Shown here: positions 39,716 to 52,035 of the stretch, in pieces | Position numbering within the stretch: position 1 is the first letter of the stretch | Layout: each line of letters starts with the position of its first letter | Assembly (NCBI RefSeq): GCF_006345805.1 | Contig: NC_043016.1 | Span: 10,168,001-10,232,000 of the forward strand | DNA: 64,000 nt | DNA from: Octopus sinensis | Lineage: Eukaryota | Direction: 5' to 3' | The notes under the pieces: generated by a model | Database searches by the model: none | What the model was told of the DNA's origin: nothing | The model's input: the letters and a program-made list of their open reading frames with translations, nothing else | Translations under genes and position numbers: made by a program

Positions 39716-40655
39716 AGAAAAAAAGAAAAAAAAGAATACACAAATAGACAAAAACAGATAGATAGTTTGGTTAACACACTGTTGACGACAAAACCACAAA
39801 TGAAATCAGATACCATGGAAGAAACGTACTGTAATAGAACGCAGTAAATGAAGACGGAACACACACAGCATCCACCCATCCCCCCACACACAGTCTGTCA
39901 TTATCGGCCATTATCAGCTGCTGCCTCCTCTAAATTAAATCAATTACAATTTATAGAACGATAAATAATAACGAATGGAACATATGAAATATATTTCAGA
40001 TATCTCATATCACACCCACACATATGCATACATGGGCACACACTCATACACGCACATACATGCACACAGACACACATACACACATACATGCTCATACACA
40101 CACACACTCATACACACACAATATACACTCATACACACAGACACACATACACACATACATGCTCCTATACACACACACTCATACACACACAATATACACT
40201 CATACACACAGACACACATACACACATACATGCTCCTATACACACACACTCATACACACACAATATACACTCATACACACATACACACTTACACGCTCAT
40301 ATACACACACACTCATACACACACAATATACACTCATACACACACATACGTACACACAGACACACATACACACATACATGCTCTCACACACACACACACA
40401 CTCATACACACACATGCACACATACACATTCATACACACATGTGCACACTCATACACACATGTGCACACTCATACACACACACACACACATATGGATGCT
40501 CACTACTGCTGTACAATGTGTGGAACATCTCCATACATTGGCAGGCTTCATAGGGCATGTCTGCTTCCTAACCACTTGGTTCTGAGTTCAGTCCCAAGAA
40601 CTTGTATGTGGGTTTAGTAAATGGAACTGAAAGAAGTCTATCATGCACACCACAC

Positions 40656-40692
<37 letters not shown>

Positions 40693-40904
40693 GTAAGCAC
40701 ACAAATGCATAACAAGGTGGAAGAAAATGGTACTTGAATACCAAAGGTAGAGTAATATACTTTTTTATTAAAGCTGCAAAACTATCACAAAGCCATTACT
40801 CAGAGTTTCACGTTCCTTTTTGTCTAATAGGAACATGAAACTCTGAGTAATGGTTTTGTGATAATTTTGCAGCTTTAATAAAAGTGTTATATTCTCTTTT
40901 TTTT

Positions 40905-41365
40905 TTACTTGTTTCAGTCATGTGACTGTGGCCATGCTGGAGCACCACCTTTAGTCGAGCAAATTGACCCCAGGGCTTATTCTTTGTAAGCCTAGTACTT
41001 ATTCTATCGGACTCTTTTGCCGAACTGCTAAGTAACGGGAACGTAAACACACCAGCATCAGTTGTCAAGCGATGTTGGGGGGACAAACACAGACACACAA
41101 ACATATACACACACATACACATATATATATATGTATGTATATATATATATATATAAATGGTGGTGCCCCAGCATGGCCACAGCTCGTGAGCTGAAACTAG
41201 ATAAAATAAAAAAAAATAATATATATATTTCCGTCTACCAAATCCACTCACAAGGCTTTGGTCAGCCCTAGGCTATAGTAGAAGACACTTGCTCAAGGTG
41301 CTATGCAGTGGGACTGAAGCCGGAACCATGTGGTTGGTAAACAAGCTAGTTACGACACAGCCAAT
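40905..41365 (-). mobile_element. Family-A SINE with internal insertion
   Basis: Colinear apart from about 41155-41225. Confidence 0.8.
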
Positions 41366-41546
41366 ATATGCATATATACTCACATGCATGTACATGCCTA
41401 CATTTATATGTATATATACATGCACATATGGGTACATGATGTCAGTCATCACTGAACATGACTAAGGGTGTAAACACACCAACATTGCTAGAAATAAGAG
41501 CTAAAATACTCTAATGCTGTAGGGGAAGCACATAAATGTATATGTA

Positions 41547-42383
41547 TGAGGTTTGATCAACAAGTATGTGGAATGTTGCCATAGTAATGAAGCCAAAACA
41601 TGCAGAGTAAAGCTACTTGGCAAAGATTGACCTTGAACTCTGCTGTACATGCGCACTAAGTTTTAACATTGTAGCTCACTTCCACTGTTTACAGCAGTAC
41701 TTGGAAGGAAGGTGTGTAGTGTGTGGTTATTGCATTGACCATGACAAAGTTGAGTAGAGAATCTGCATCAAATTTTGCCGAAAGCTTGGCAATACCTGCT
41801 CAGAGGCCTATGCAAAGTTTCCAAAAAGTATTCATCATTCTCAACGCAATAAAGGAGATCTTGTCCAACTGAAACCTGTCTCTTTGGTCAGCTGAAAACA
41901 AATTTGGTACAAACCTGGCAGACATGCGTATCATATCCAAATCTTCATTGATAATGGACTGAACTGAACTATAACTAATCAGCACATCCTCTGATAACTC
42001 ACAGATGGTGATTTGATGATTTCCTCTCACAGCTGCATGCATATCTGCAATGCTTTTCTCAGTTCTGCTGGTTGCTGGTCTCCCAGAATGTTTGTCAATA
42101 TTGGCATATTTTTAGCCATCTTAGAAATGTCTGAACCACTCGTACACTTCTGTGTGGTTCATACACTCCTCTTTATGCACTATCTGCAACTTTGCATCAG
42201 CTTCTAAGCAGGTATTGCCGTGACAACTTTTTGTCATGGTCAATGCGACAATCACATGCTACACACCTTCCTTCCAAGCACTGCTGTTAACAGCAGAAGC
42301 GAGGTAGGATGTTAAGACTTAGTGCACATACATAGTAGAGTTAATCTTTGCCAAGCAGCTTCACCATTGTTGGTCAGACCTCG
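41547..42383. mobile_element. Mariner derivative made of two inverted 5' ends, TA target duplication
   Basis: TA at 41545-46 and 42384-85. The + arm encodes E*RICIKFCRKLGNTCSEAYAK, and the - arm encodes the HTH region through SVQSIINEDLDM..MSARFVP. Confidence 0.8.
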
Positions 42384-42659
42384 TATACTCTCACAGGGGT
42401 TGTAATCACCCAAAACACTGACTCAAGAATTTCTTTGACAGAACATCCAGTTTCAGCTATTTCCGTAGCCTTCATCAGTAAGGACCACTCGTTTTGCTGA
42501 TTCCAGGCGAATCCTCCTGTCAGCAAATATGACATAAAAATTTACGGGTAGTTTAGTGGATCACTAATGTGTATACAAAAATTAATATAAACAGCCATGC
42601 ACAATGTGATACCATAGAGGAAAGGTATAAACGTCACATTGTGCATGGTTGTGTATTAT

Positions 42660-43050
42660 TTTTATTTGTTTCAGTCATTTGACTGTGGCTATGCTGGAGC
42701 ACTGCCTTTAGTCGAGTAAATTGACTCCAGGACTTATTCTTTGTAAGCCTAGTACTCATTCTATCAGTTCTCTTGCTGAACCACTAAGTGACAGGGACGT
42801 AACACACCAGCATTGGTTGTCAAACGATGTTGGAGGGACAAACACACACACAAACATATACACATATATATATATATATATATATATACGATGGGCTTCT
42901 TTCAGTTTCTATCTACCAAATCCACTCATAAGGCTTTGGTTGGCCAGAGGCTATAGTAGAAGACACTTGCCTAAGGTGCCATGCAGTGGGACTGAACCTG
43001 GAACCATGTGGTTGGTAAGCAAGCTACTTACCGCACAACCACTCCTATGC
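42660..43050 (-). mobile_element. Family-A SINE inserted in the right arm of the foldback element
   Basis: Palindrome symmetry resumes across it. Confidence 0.85.
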
Positions 43051-44113
43051 TTATTAATTTTTTGTATACACATTAGTGATCCACTAAATCATCCATAAAT
43101 TTTTACGATAAATGTATATATACTGACAGTGGATTAAGCCTGGAAATAACTGAATGAGTGATCATGCTGATGAAGGCTACAGAAATAGCCGAAACTGAAC
43201 CTTCTGTCTAAGAAATCTTCAAGTTGGTATTTTGGGCAATTGCAGGCCCTGTGAGCATATATGTGTATATTTATGTGGCTTTCCTACAGCAGTAAACCAT
43301 TTTAGCTCTTATTTCTAGCAATGTAGGTGTCTTGACACACTTAGTCATGTTGAGTGACATATTTTCCCTTTATGGTATCACATTGGGAGGAGCTGTTTAT
43401 ATTAATTTTTGTATATATATATATCTTAATAATACTAAAACTCTAGGGATGTTTGTACCCCAAATATCCCAGAAGTATATTTTATCTTCAGCAATGCAGT
43501 ACAAATTTTGTAGCATTTGGGCCTCTATTTGTTAATGAAAACGAGTAAACACAATTTTCGTTTGTTATTTCTTGACAGAAAAAGAACATGGCTTCCATGA
43601 TGTCAACACACATAGACACATACAGAATGCACACACACACGTGTAATGAATATCGTGGTGTGTCAATCAACACAAACACACATCCACTATCTGTGACATG
43701 TAAGCACACATAGACTTTGTGCTCTCTAAGAAAAAATGCCGACTTTTTGATGTATATAATATTTTAATCATTTAGAAATATTTTTTACTGAATGTGATTT
43801 CAAATATATAAATTGTTTGTACATTATTTATTTATATTTTAGCTTTCTTTAAACAGACAATATTTTAATGGTTTTTAAATTAGTTTTGAGTCATTAATTT
43901 CCGTAAAATTTTTTTATTTATTTACTTTTGTTTTAAAGTGAAAGAGAGGAGAAAATGAAAGATGTATGTGAGTGTATACGAAATAGATGTGTGTGTGTGT
44001 GTGTGTGAAAGAGAGAGAAAAATTGAGAGAGGTAGAAAGAGAGTGAGTGAAGGGGTATGTTGTTATGAATACGTACATACATCAATACATGTGCGTAAAT
44101 TTTTTTGTATGTA

Positions 44114-44145
<32 letters not shown>

Positions 44146-44629
44146 GGGGGAGAGAAAGAGAGTGAGTGAGTGAGTGAATGTATGTGTTCTCATATATGTA
44201 TAAGTGACACTCTCTCTCTCTCTTACACACACACGCACACACACACGTCCATTTTATATACACATTCATACATCTTTCGCTTTCTCCTCTCTTACAGTTT
44301 AAAACAAAAATTTTTTCAGAATTTAACAAACAAAACCAGCTGATCTGGTTGACAGTTCTGAGAGGTAAAGCGAAAGATCCCCCCAAGAGAATACCTTTAC
44401 AGAAAGTTTTTCATGTGCATTCAGCATATCTCGGCTCCAAAGATTTGGCTTCTATTTCTAGCACGCCTTGCCACTACATAACAGCTATTTGCGATAAAGG
44501 ACCCGAAATACCTGTTACATGATAGCAGGGCATGCAAGAAATAACAGCCAAATCTTTCCTTTTCTGTGGAAAGGAGCCATTTATGCGAGGTTTTGATGTG
44601 ATATTCATTAAAAGCATGCAAAATAACCC

Positions 44630-44932
44630 GTAACTTAGTGGTTCGGCAGAAGAGTCTGATAGAATAAGTACTAGGTTTACAAAGAATAAGTCCTGGGGTC
44701 GATTTGCTCGACTAAAGGAAGTGCTCCAGCACGGCCACAGTCAAATGACTGAAATGAGTAAGAGAGTAAAAGAGGCTTCTTTCAGTTTCCGTCTACCAAA
44801 TCCACTCACAAGGCTTTGGTCGGCCCGAGGTTATAGTAAAAGACGCTTGCCCAAGGTGCCATACAGTGGGAATGAACCCGAAACCATGAGGTTGGTAAGC
44901 AAGTTACTTACCACACAGCCACTCCTACGCCT
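44630..44932. mobile_element. Family-A SINE with its 5' half inverted relative to its 3' tail
   Basis: Tail on + (44630-44772) abuts head on - (44773-44932). Confidence 0.7.
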
Positions 44933-45047
44933 GGGCTTTTTTTTTCAGCACTTTATATCTGTACGAGATACTTTCTCAAAATGGGTGCCACAGTTTTCTG
45001 GCTTTCACCAGTATCTGCATGTGAAGCAAGACATACAGACTGATATA

Positions 45048-45448
45048 CTCTTTTACATGTTTCAGTCATTTGACTGCGGTCATGCTGGAGCACCGCCTTT
45101 TGTCGAGCAAATCGACCCCGGGACTTATGCTTTTGTAAGCCCAGTACTTATTCTATCGGTCTCTTTTGCCGAACGCTAAGTGACGGGGACGCAAACACAC
45201 CAGCATCGGTTGTCAAGCAATGCTAGGGGGACAAACACAGACACGCAAACACACACACACACACATATATATATACATATATACGACAGGCTTCTTTCAG
45301 TTTCCGTCTACCAAGTTCACTCACAAGGCATTGGTCGGCCCGGGGCTATAGCAGAAGACACTTGCCCAAGGTGCCACACAGTGGGACTGAACCCGGAACC
45401 ATGTGGTTGGTAAACAAGCTACCTACCACACAGCCACTCCTGCGCCTA
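45048..45448 (-). mobile_element. Family-A SINE flanked by an 86-bp direct duplication
   Basis: 44962-45047 equals 45449-45534. Confidence 0.9.
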
Positions 45449-45776
45449 TACGAGATACTTTCTCAAAATGGGTGCCACAGTTTTCTGGCTTTCACCAGTA
45501 TCTGCATGTGAAGCAAGACATACAGACTGATATATGTATTTATAACAGATAGAGAGGTTATGATAAACATAAGATGCAGTTTATATTATCTGTTCCCGAT
45601 GTACATTTCCCCATTGGATGTTCCAAGTGAAATTGGATGCTGAACCATGACAGGTCGCCAGAAGAACAGTTTATTGCATTATGTTACCCAGATCAAATGA
45701 TGCCTCGAGTTCGAGCTTTAAATCACTAGTAGCAGTCATACATCTAACTGTACTAACAAGACATACCATTAATATA

Positions 45777-45821
<45 letters not shown>

Positions 45822-46392
45822 ATATATGTATTATATATATATGTATATCATCATCATCATCATCATCGTTTAACGTCTGTTTTCCATGCTAGCACGGGTT
45901 GGACGGTTTGACCGGGGTCTGGGAAGCTAGGGGGCTGCACCAGGCTCCAGTTTGATCTGGCAGTGTTTCTACAGCTGGATGCCCTTCCTAACAACGCCAA
46001 CCACTCGTGAGTGTAGTGGGTGCTTTTTACGGGCCACCGGCACAGGTGCCAGGGGAGTCTGGCAGTGGCCACAATCAGTTGGTGCTTTTACGTTCCACCG
46101 GCACAGAAGCCAGTCAAAGCGGCGCTGACATCGGCCATGTTCGGATGGTGCTTTTTATGTGCCACCAGCACATGTACATATGTATGTGTATATATATATA
46201 TATATATTATATAAAAGGCTTAGTAAAATAAATTACTTTGCCGCATTACTGAACTCATTAGAAATAGCAGCTAAAAAAACTTTTTTAAAACTATTTCCAA
46301 TACTAAAGAAAACCTCTCTCATATAGTGTTTGCTCATTCAACTCACGCAAATTGGGGGTAGAGACATTAAAAAATCAAGTGCAAAGGTTATT

Positions 46393-46445
46393 TGAGAACG
46401 TACGTTTCAAGATTAGTCAAAATCCGACATTTTATCATCAGCTCA
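46393..46445 (-). ncRNA. Type I hammerhead ribozyme motif (copy 1)
   Basis: TGAG-CTGATGA-[stem II]-GAAA-CGTACG-TT-CTCA, with palindromic ACGTACGT. Confidence 0.75.
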
Positions 46446-46944
46446 GAACTCCCTGGTTGGATTTGAAAACACTGAAAGTAGGAGCATACCCTTCGGCTTC
46501 CTCTCGCTTCTGAAGATCTGCTCCCAACTAACAGTGCCAACAAACTCAAAAATGCAAGCGAAGAATTTCTGCTCTCCCCTTTCCACCAGCGTGGGTTAAA
46601 ATCAGTAAACACTATGCTTTTTTCGGTAAAATCCGCGGCATTATATAGAGAGAGATGAATTATAATTTCAACAATTGAGGGTAAAATTAATTATTAATCA
46701 ATTCACCAAGTATTCAGTATGCAAAGGGACCATTTAGGCGAATTCAAATTATTACATTATATAAAAGGGCTTAGTAAAATAAATTACTTTGCCGATACTG
46801 AACTCATTAGAAATAGCAGCTAAAAAAACTTTTTTAAAACTATTTCCAATACTTAAAGAAAACCTCTCTCATATAGTGTTTGCTCAATTCAACTCACGCA
46901 AATATGGGGGTAGAGACATTAAAAAATCAAGTGCAAAGGTTATT

Positions 46945-46998
46945 TAAGAACGTACGTTTCAAGATTAGTCAAAATCCGACATTTCTATCATCAGCTCA
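46945..46998 (-). ncRNA. Type I hammerhead ribozyme motif (copy 2)
   Basis: TGAG-CTGATGA-T-AGAaatGTC ggatttt GACtaaTCT-T-GAAA-CGTACG-TT-CTTA. Confidence 0.75.
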
Positions 46999-47365
46999 GA
47001 ACTCCCTATATATATATATATATAATATAAATAATATATATGCATATGTATACACAAACACACATATATACACATGCATATATGGGTACAGGACGTCACC
47101 GACAGTAAACAACATGAAATATGAAAGTAAATGAGTTTGATATGCAAACAACGAAAACCATTTTCGAACTTAGTCGATCCAATCAACTGACCCCCTCCCC
47201 AAAAGTTTTGGCCCGTGTGCTTAGAGTAGAAAAGAATATTATTTAGATTAGTGAAGAACTCCAAATAATTTTTTGGTAGTGTCCAAGATCTTCCATGGTT
47301 TCTTTTTCTCTTGTATGACACAAACATATACACTTACATATACATATATCATTCTTTAACCTTTC

Positions 47366-48031
47366 ACTCTTATCAGTGATTCTCTCTCCAATGCCCAGTC
47401 TCTTTTACAATCTCTTGAACAAGCCTCAAATTATGTAGATCTTTACCTCAATGAGGCCAAGACTGAATACATAAACAAGTGCCTGTCCAACAGTGATTGC
47501 ATCATCCATACTCTCAACAATGCGCCCTTAAATATGGTCTCTGATTACAAATATCTTGGGTCATACATATCATCTGGAAAAGACTTTCTAACTAGAAAGG
47601 GTATGGCCTGGTCAGCCTGTAATGACATGCATAAGATCTGGTCATGAAATCGAAGTAGAGACTTCAAACTTGAAATCATCAAAGCCAGAGTCGAACCAAT
47701 TCTACTATATGGCTCAGAAACCTGGACGTTATCAAAGAAGCTTGAGAGGCGGTTGGATGGAACCTACACTCGCCTCCTTATGAGAGCTCAAAATCTCTCG
47801 TTGAAGCGTCATCCAACCAAAATGCAAATATATGGGAAACTACCACCTGTGTCATCTCTTGTGAAAGGTAGGAGAGTCCAGTTTGCTGGATATTGTTGTA
47901 GAGCTGAAAAAGAAGTAATTTCTACTCTTCTCCTCTGGAAGACAATACCAGAGGGCGCACACTCTCCTACCCTGATGTAATCTCCAGGGATACAGGCATC
48001 CAGCAACAGGACCTCCATCATGCCATGATTA
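47366..48031 (+). mobile_element. 5'-truncated RTE-clade (RTE-X-like) LINE, RT C-terminal/thumb region, with a stop and a frameshift
   Basis: LISDSLSNAQSLLQSLE...LYLNEAKTE...DYKYLGSYIS...VEPILLYGSETWTL...LDGTYTRLLMRA...RRVQFAGYC. Confidence 0.9.
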
Positions 48032-48318
48032 ACCTTTCAACACCTGGAATAATACCACCAATATCTATCTTCCCTTCTTAGATGCTACCTCTCTTTTTCC
48101 TTTTTCTTTGCTCTTTTCTGTATTACAAGTTACATAGCAACCTCACTAGTGCTGATGCCAAGGAAAAAATAAAGTACCCAGGTAGACTCTGTAAAATGGT
48201 TGATGTTAGGAAGGGTATCTAGCTATAGAAACCACGCCAAAGATGACATTGCAGCTTGATGCAGCCTCCACTGAAGAGTTGCATGATTGCAACTTGTGGT
48301 GGCATTTGGGGATTTTAA

Positions 48319-48890
48319 CCCTTTAGTATTCAGATTATTCTGTCAAAAGTAATGCTTAGTTATTCACATTGTTTTGATTTAATCATGGCTTATCTCATAG
48401 CTTCGAGATTTCAATGATGTGATTCATTGTTTTTAGAATGACATTTTAGGGTCAATTTGCTCGACTAAAGGTAGTGCTCCAGCACAGCCACAGTCAGATG
48501 ACTGACATGAGTAAAAGAGTAAAAGAGGCTTCTTTCAGTTTCCGTCTACCAAATCCACTCACAAGGCTTTGGTCGGCCCGAGGCTATAGTAAAAGACACT
48601 TGCCCAAGGTGCCAAGCAGTAGGAATGAACCCGAAACCATGAGGTTGGTAAGCAAGTTACTTACCGCACAGCCACTCCTACGCCTGGGCTTTTTTTTTCA
48701 GAACTTTATATCTGTACGAGATACTTTCTCAAAATGGGTGCCACAGTTTTCTGGCTTTCACCAGTATCTGCATGTGAAGCAAGACATACAGACTGATATA
48801 CTCTTTTACTTGTTTCAGTCATCTGACTGGTCTGAACATAAAATGGGTGGAATATTTGGGCCGGATATGGCCGGTTTAAATGCTAAAGGG
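48319..48890. mobile_element. piggyBac-like MITE with TTAA target duplication, carrying a captured ~375-bp filler
   Basis: TTAA|CCCTTTAG ... CTAAAGGG|TTAA. Interior 48448-48822 duplicates 44695-45070. Confidence 0.8.
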
Positions 48891-49135
48891 TTAAAGTCTT
48901 CTCTATCCTGTTTTTTCATGAGATATTTTGTAGCTATCTCCTGCTCTTGGATTGCAAAAAGCACAGCCTTTGAAATGTGATGTAATGGTCATGAGTCCAA
49001 GAGAGGCTATACTTTATGGTGTTTTGGAAATACTCAGTTACAAAGTCAATTTTTAACTGCACAGTTCTGCTTGTGCCTGTCACACGATTTTCAAGACTAA
49101 GTTTTCAGAATATTTATTGTAATCTGGCACATATA

Positions 49136-50022
49136 CTAGGTGGTATCAAAAAGTCCCCGGACTAGTTCTGTAGCATGCCAACAGATGGCAGCACATGGTT
49201 ACATGTGCAGTGATAGCTAGCAGTGACCTTCATGAAGCAGTGTGCTGAGTGATATCGCTACGTTTACTTTGCAAGTTGTGGAATTTGCATTTTTGTCATC
49301 ATGTGTATGCCGTAGTCTGCGATTTTGCCAAGGACAGGAATTTGGAACAAAGAGCCAGCACGAAATTTTGCATTAAACTCAGGAAGTCTACAGAGAAATT
49401 GATCATGCTTTGGCAAGCTTATGGTGATGAGGCAATGTGTCATACACAATGTTTCCAGTGGCATGGGTGCCTCAAAAGTGGAAGGACATACCTGAAAGAC
49501 AACGAGCAATATGGAAGAAGCTGCCTTGGGTGTCGCCTCCAGAATTATGGTATTATGCACTGAGAAATTGTCTCCTAGGGCCAGACCATCAGTCAAGAAT
49601 TCTACAGCAATGTCTTGAAGTGATTGAAGGAGGACATTTGGTGAAAGTGACCAGATCTGTGTAGCATGACAAATTGGATTCTTCACGACAACAATGCACC
49701 ATGTGACTGAGCTCACCCCACTTGTGAGCTTCTCACTAAAAACAACATGGTATCACTTCCACACCTGCTCTATTCACCAGATTTAGCACCTGTGGACTTC
49801 CATCCCTTTCCCATGATGAAAATGCAGCTCAAATATTGCTGATTTACTGCCATTGGTTGAGATCCAGAGCGGAAAAGCCTCCCAGGCTGGATTCCAAAAG
49901 TGGAAGGAATGCTGAGACTGGTGCAAGGTGACTATTTCAAAGGAGATGATGTTAGAACTTAGGTAAATAAGTTATTTATTTATTAAATACAACTAATCTA
50001 AGAACTTTTTGATATCACCTTG
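49136..50022 (+). mobile_element. Internally deleted mariner element with TIRs and TA duplication
   Basis: TA|CTAGGTGGTATCAAAAAGT ... ACTTTTTGATATCACCTTG|TA. Peptides EQRASTKFCIKLRKS..AYGDEAM and WILHDNNAP..YSPDLAP.DF. Confidence 0.92.
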
Positions 50023-50976
50023 TATATTTTGGAGAATTGTTCTACATTTTCACTGGTACAATATAACTATAAAATATATAGCCTCATTGAACTTGGAAAA
50101 TTTCCATGTTTTTTTCATGGTTTTCATTTGTTATGCCATAAAAGAAGAGCTGTTTCCAACTTAGACATAAACATATGCATAAGTGCATATAATATATATA
50201 ATATATAATATATATATAAATACATACTCATATACATACATACTCATATACATACATACATACATACATACATACAGAGATATGTTCATACATTCATACA
50301 TACATACACACACATACACACATACATACATATACACACACATACATACATATATACATACACACATACATACATACACAGACACATACATACATACACA
50401 CATACATACATACATACACACACATACACACACACATACATACATACATACATACGCACGTACGTACATACATACATACACACATACATACATACACACA
50501 CACATACACACATACATACATACATACATACACACATACATAAATACATATGTTCATACATGTTCATACAACACAAGATATACACATATTTGTGTAATAC
50601 GAAGGATATGTGTGTGTGATAGAGAAAGAGAGAGAGAGTGTGTGTGGTGTGTGTGTGTGTGTGTGTGTTTCTTGCTTCTACTGATATAGGGAAATGAAAC
50701 TTTTTATTCACATTATTTTTCAAATAATGTCTCTGGAAAAATTTTATATGCTTTGGAGAAGAAGAAAAAAATTACATACATGAAAGAAAAAAAAAATTCA
50801 GCAAAAAAGTTTTTTTTGAAAAAAAATTCTTAAAAGAAATATTATGTTTAATAACATATTCTTCGTAAAAATAAAGATAAAATACAATTTTAAAATCGAA
50901 TAAAATAAAATAAACAAAAATATAAATTAATAATAATAATAATAATAATAATATAATAATAATAATAATAATAATA

Positions 50977-51013
<37 letters not shown>

Positions 51014-51251
51014 TAAAAAATGGCAACAATCGACATTTCGGTTAGGAATATAAAATTTAATGCTTCTTCAGAAAATTCATTTCTCTCTTCATTTTTTGTT
51101 ACTTTGCTTCATGATATCTTATAAAAAAACAAAAAAATTGATTTTTGTATGAATATTAAAATTTTTGTTGTACCTTTTTTTTTTTCCTGTTATTAAATGT
51201 ATCCACCACCATGTTGTGGATTCTATATTTTATTATTTCATTCATTTGTAG

Positions 51252-51433
51252 GACACAACATTACGTCAGTTCATTCTTACAAATCTGGTTGAGAAAGAAG
51301 GAACGGTACAGTGGCGCCTAAATCTCGATGCCATTATTACAGATTTCAAAGAGATCATGGCTTTTCCAGAGTGTGGCAATAGTTATCAGGGACCAACTCT
51401 GTTTTTAGGTGGACAAAACTCTAATTATATTGG
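51252..51433 (+). CDS. ABHD11: Next coding exon of ABHD11-like gene (DTTLRQFILTNLVEKEGTVQWRLNLDAIITDFKEIMAFPECGNSYQGPTLFLGGQNSNYI-G)
   Basis: Acceptor tttgtag, donor gtatgt, 182 nt, phase 0/2. RQFxLTNL, WRxNLDA and YxGPTLFxGGxNS match ABHD11, and it joins in frame to the 8899-9069 exon. Confidence 0.92.
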
Positions 51434-51943
51434 GTATGTTGCCATCATTGATCTTTTTATTTTTTTTTTGTTTTTTTGGGGATGCTTTATAGTTTTAAAT
51501 TATTGATTTGTGGCCGACAAGTTCGTACTGACATTCGTTACTGAAATCCTCTTCTTCATCCTCCACCACCTCACCAACACCACCACGACGATGTCTACCG
51601 TGACCTCTACCACCAACAATGCCACCATCACTGCTACTGCCACCATCACTGTCTTCACCACCGCCATCATGTCCACTACCACCATCACCACCATTGCCAT
51701 CACCATCATCATAATCATCATTATCACTGTCGTTACCATCATTGCTGTTGTGGTTGTCCTCCTCCTTCTCCTCATTGTCATCATTACCACATTACCATCA
51801 CTATCACCACTACCACCACCACCACTACCACAACCACCACCACTGTTACCACTACCACAACCTCCATCACCATCAACATTGCTACCACCATTATCATAAC
51901 CACCACAACCATCACCATCACTATAACCACCACCATCATCATA

Positions 51944-51995
<52 letters not shown>

Positions 51996-51996
51996 T

Positions 51997-52035
<39 letters not shown>

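Larger units (their letters stand above)
41445..43360. repeat. Diverged ~700-bp foldback element with HHR-like motif in each arm, expanded by a mariner (left arm) and a SINE (right arm)
   Basis: 41445-41544 plus 42386-42610 is the reverse complement of 42633-42658 plus 43050-43360. Centre at about 42620. Confidence 0.85.
46206..47007 (-). mobile_element. Retrozyme-like element: ~250-bp direct repeats flanking ~300 bp, one HHR per repeat, inserted in (TA)n
   Basis: 46206-46454 is nearly identical to 46756-47007, with TA microsatellite on both flanks. Confidence 0.85.
9070..51251 (+). other. ABHD11: 42,182-bp intron of the ABHD11-like gene
   Basis: GT...AG bounded between two exons that are contiguous in the protein. 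No intervening ABHD11 exon is needed. Confidence 0.8.

Noticed and set aside
44270-44625. Unique-looking island with acceptor-like cttacag and short ORFs on both strands
   Set aside because: No frame gave a recognisable protein; left unannotated.
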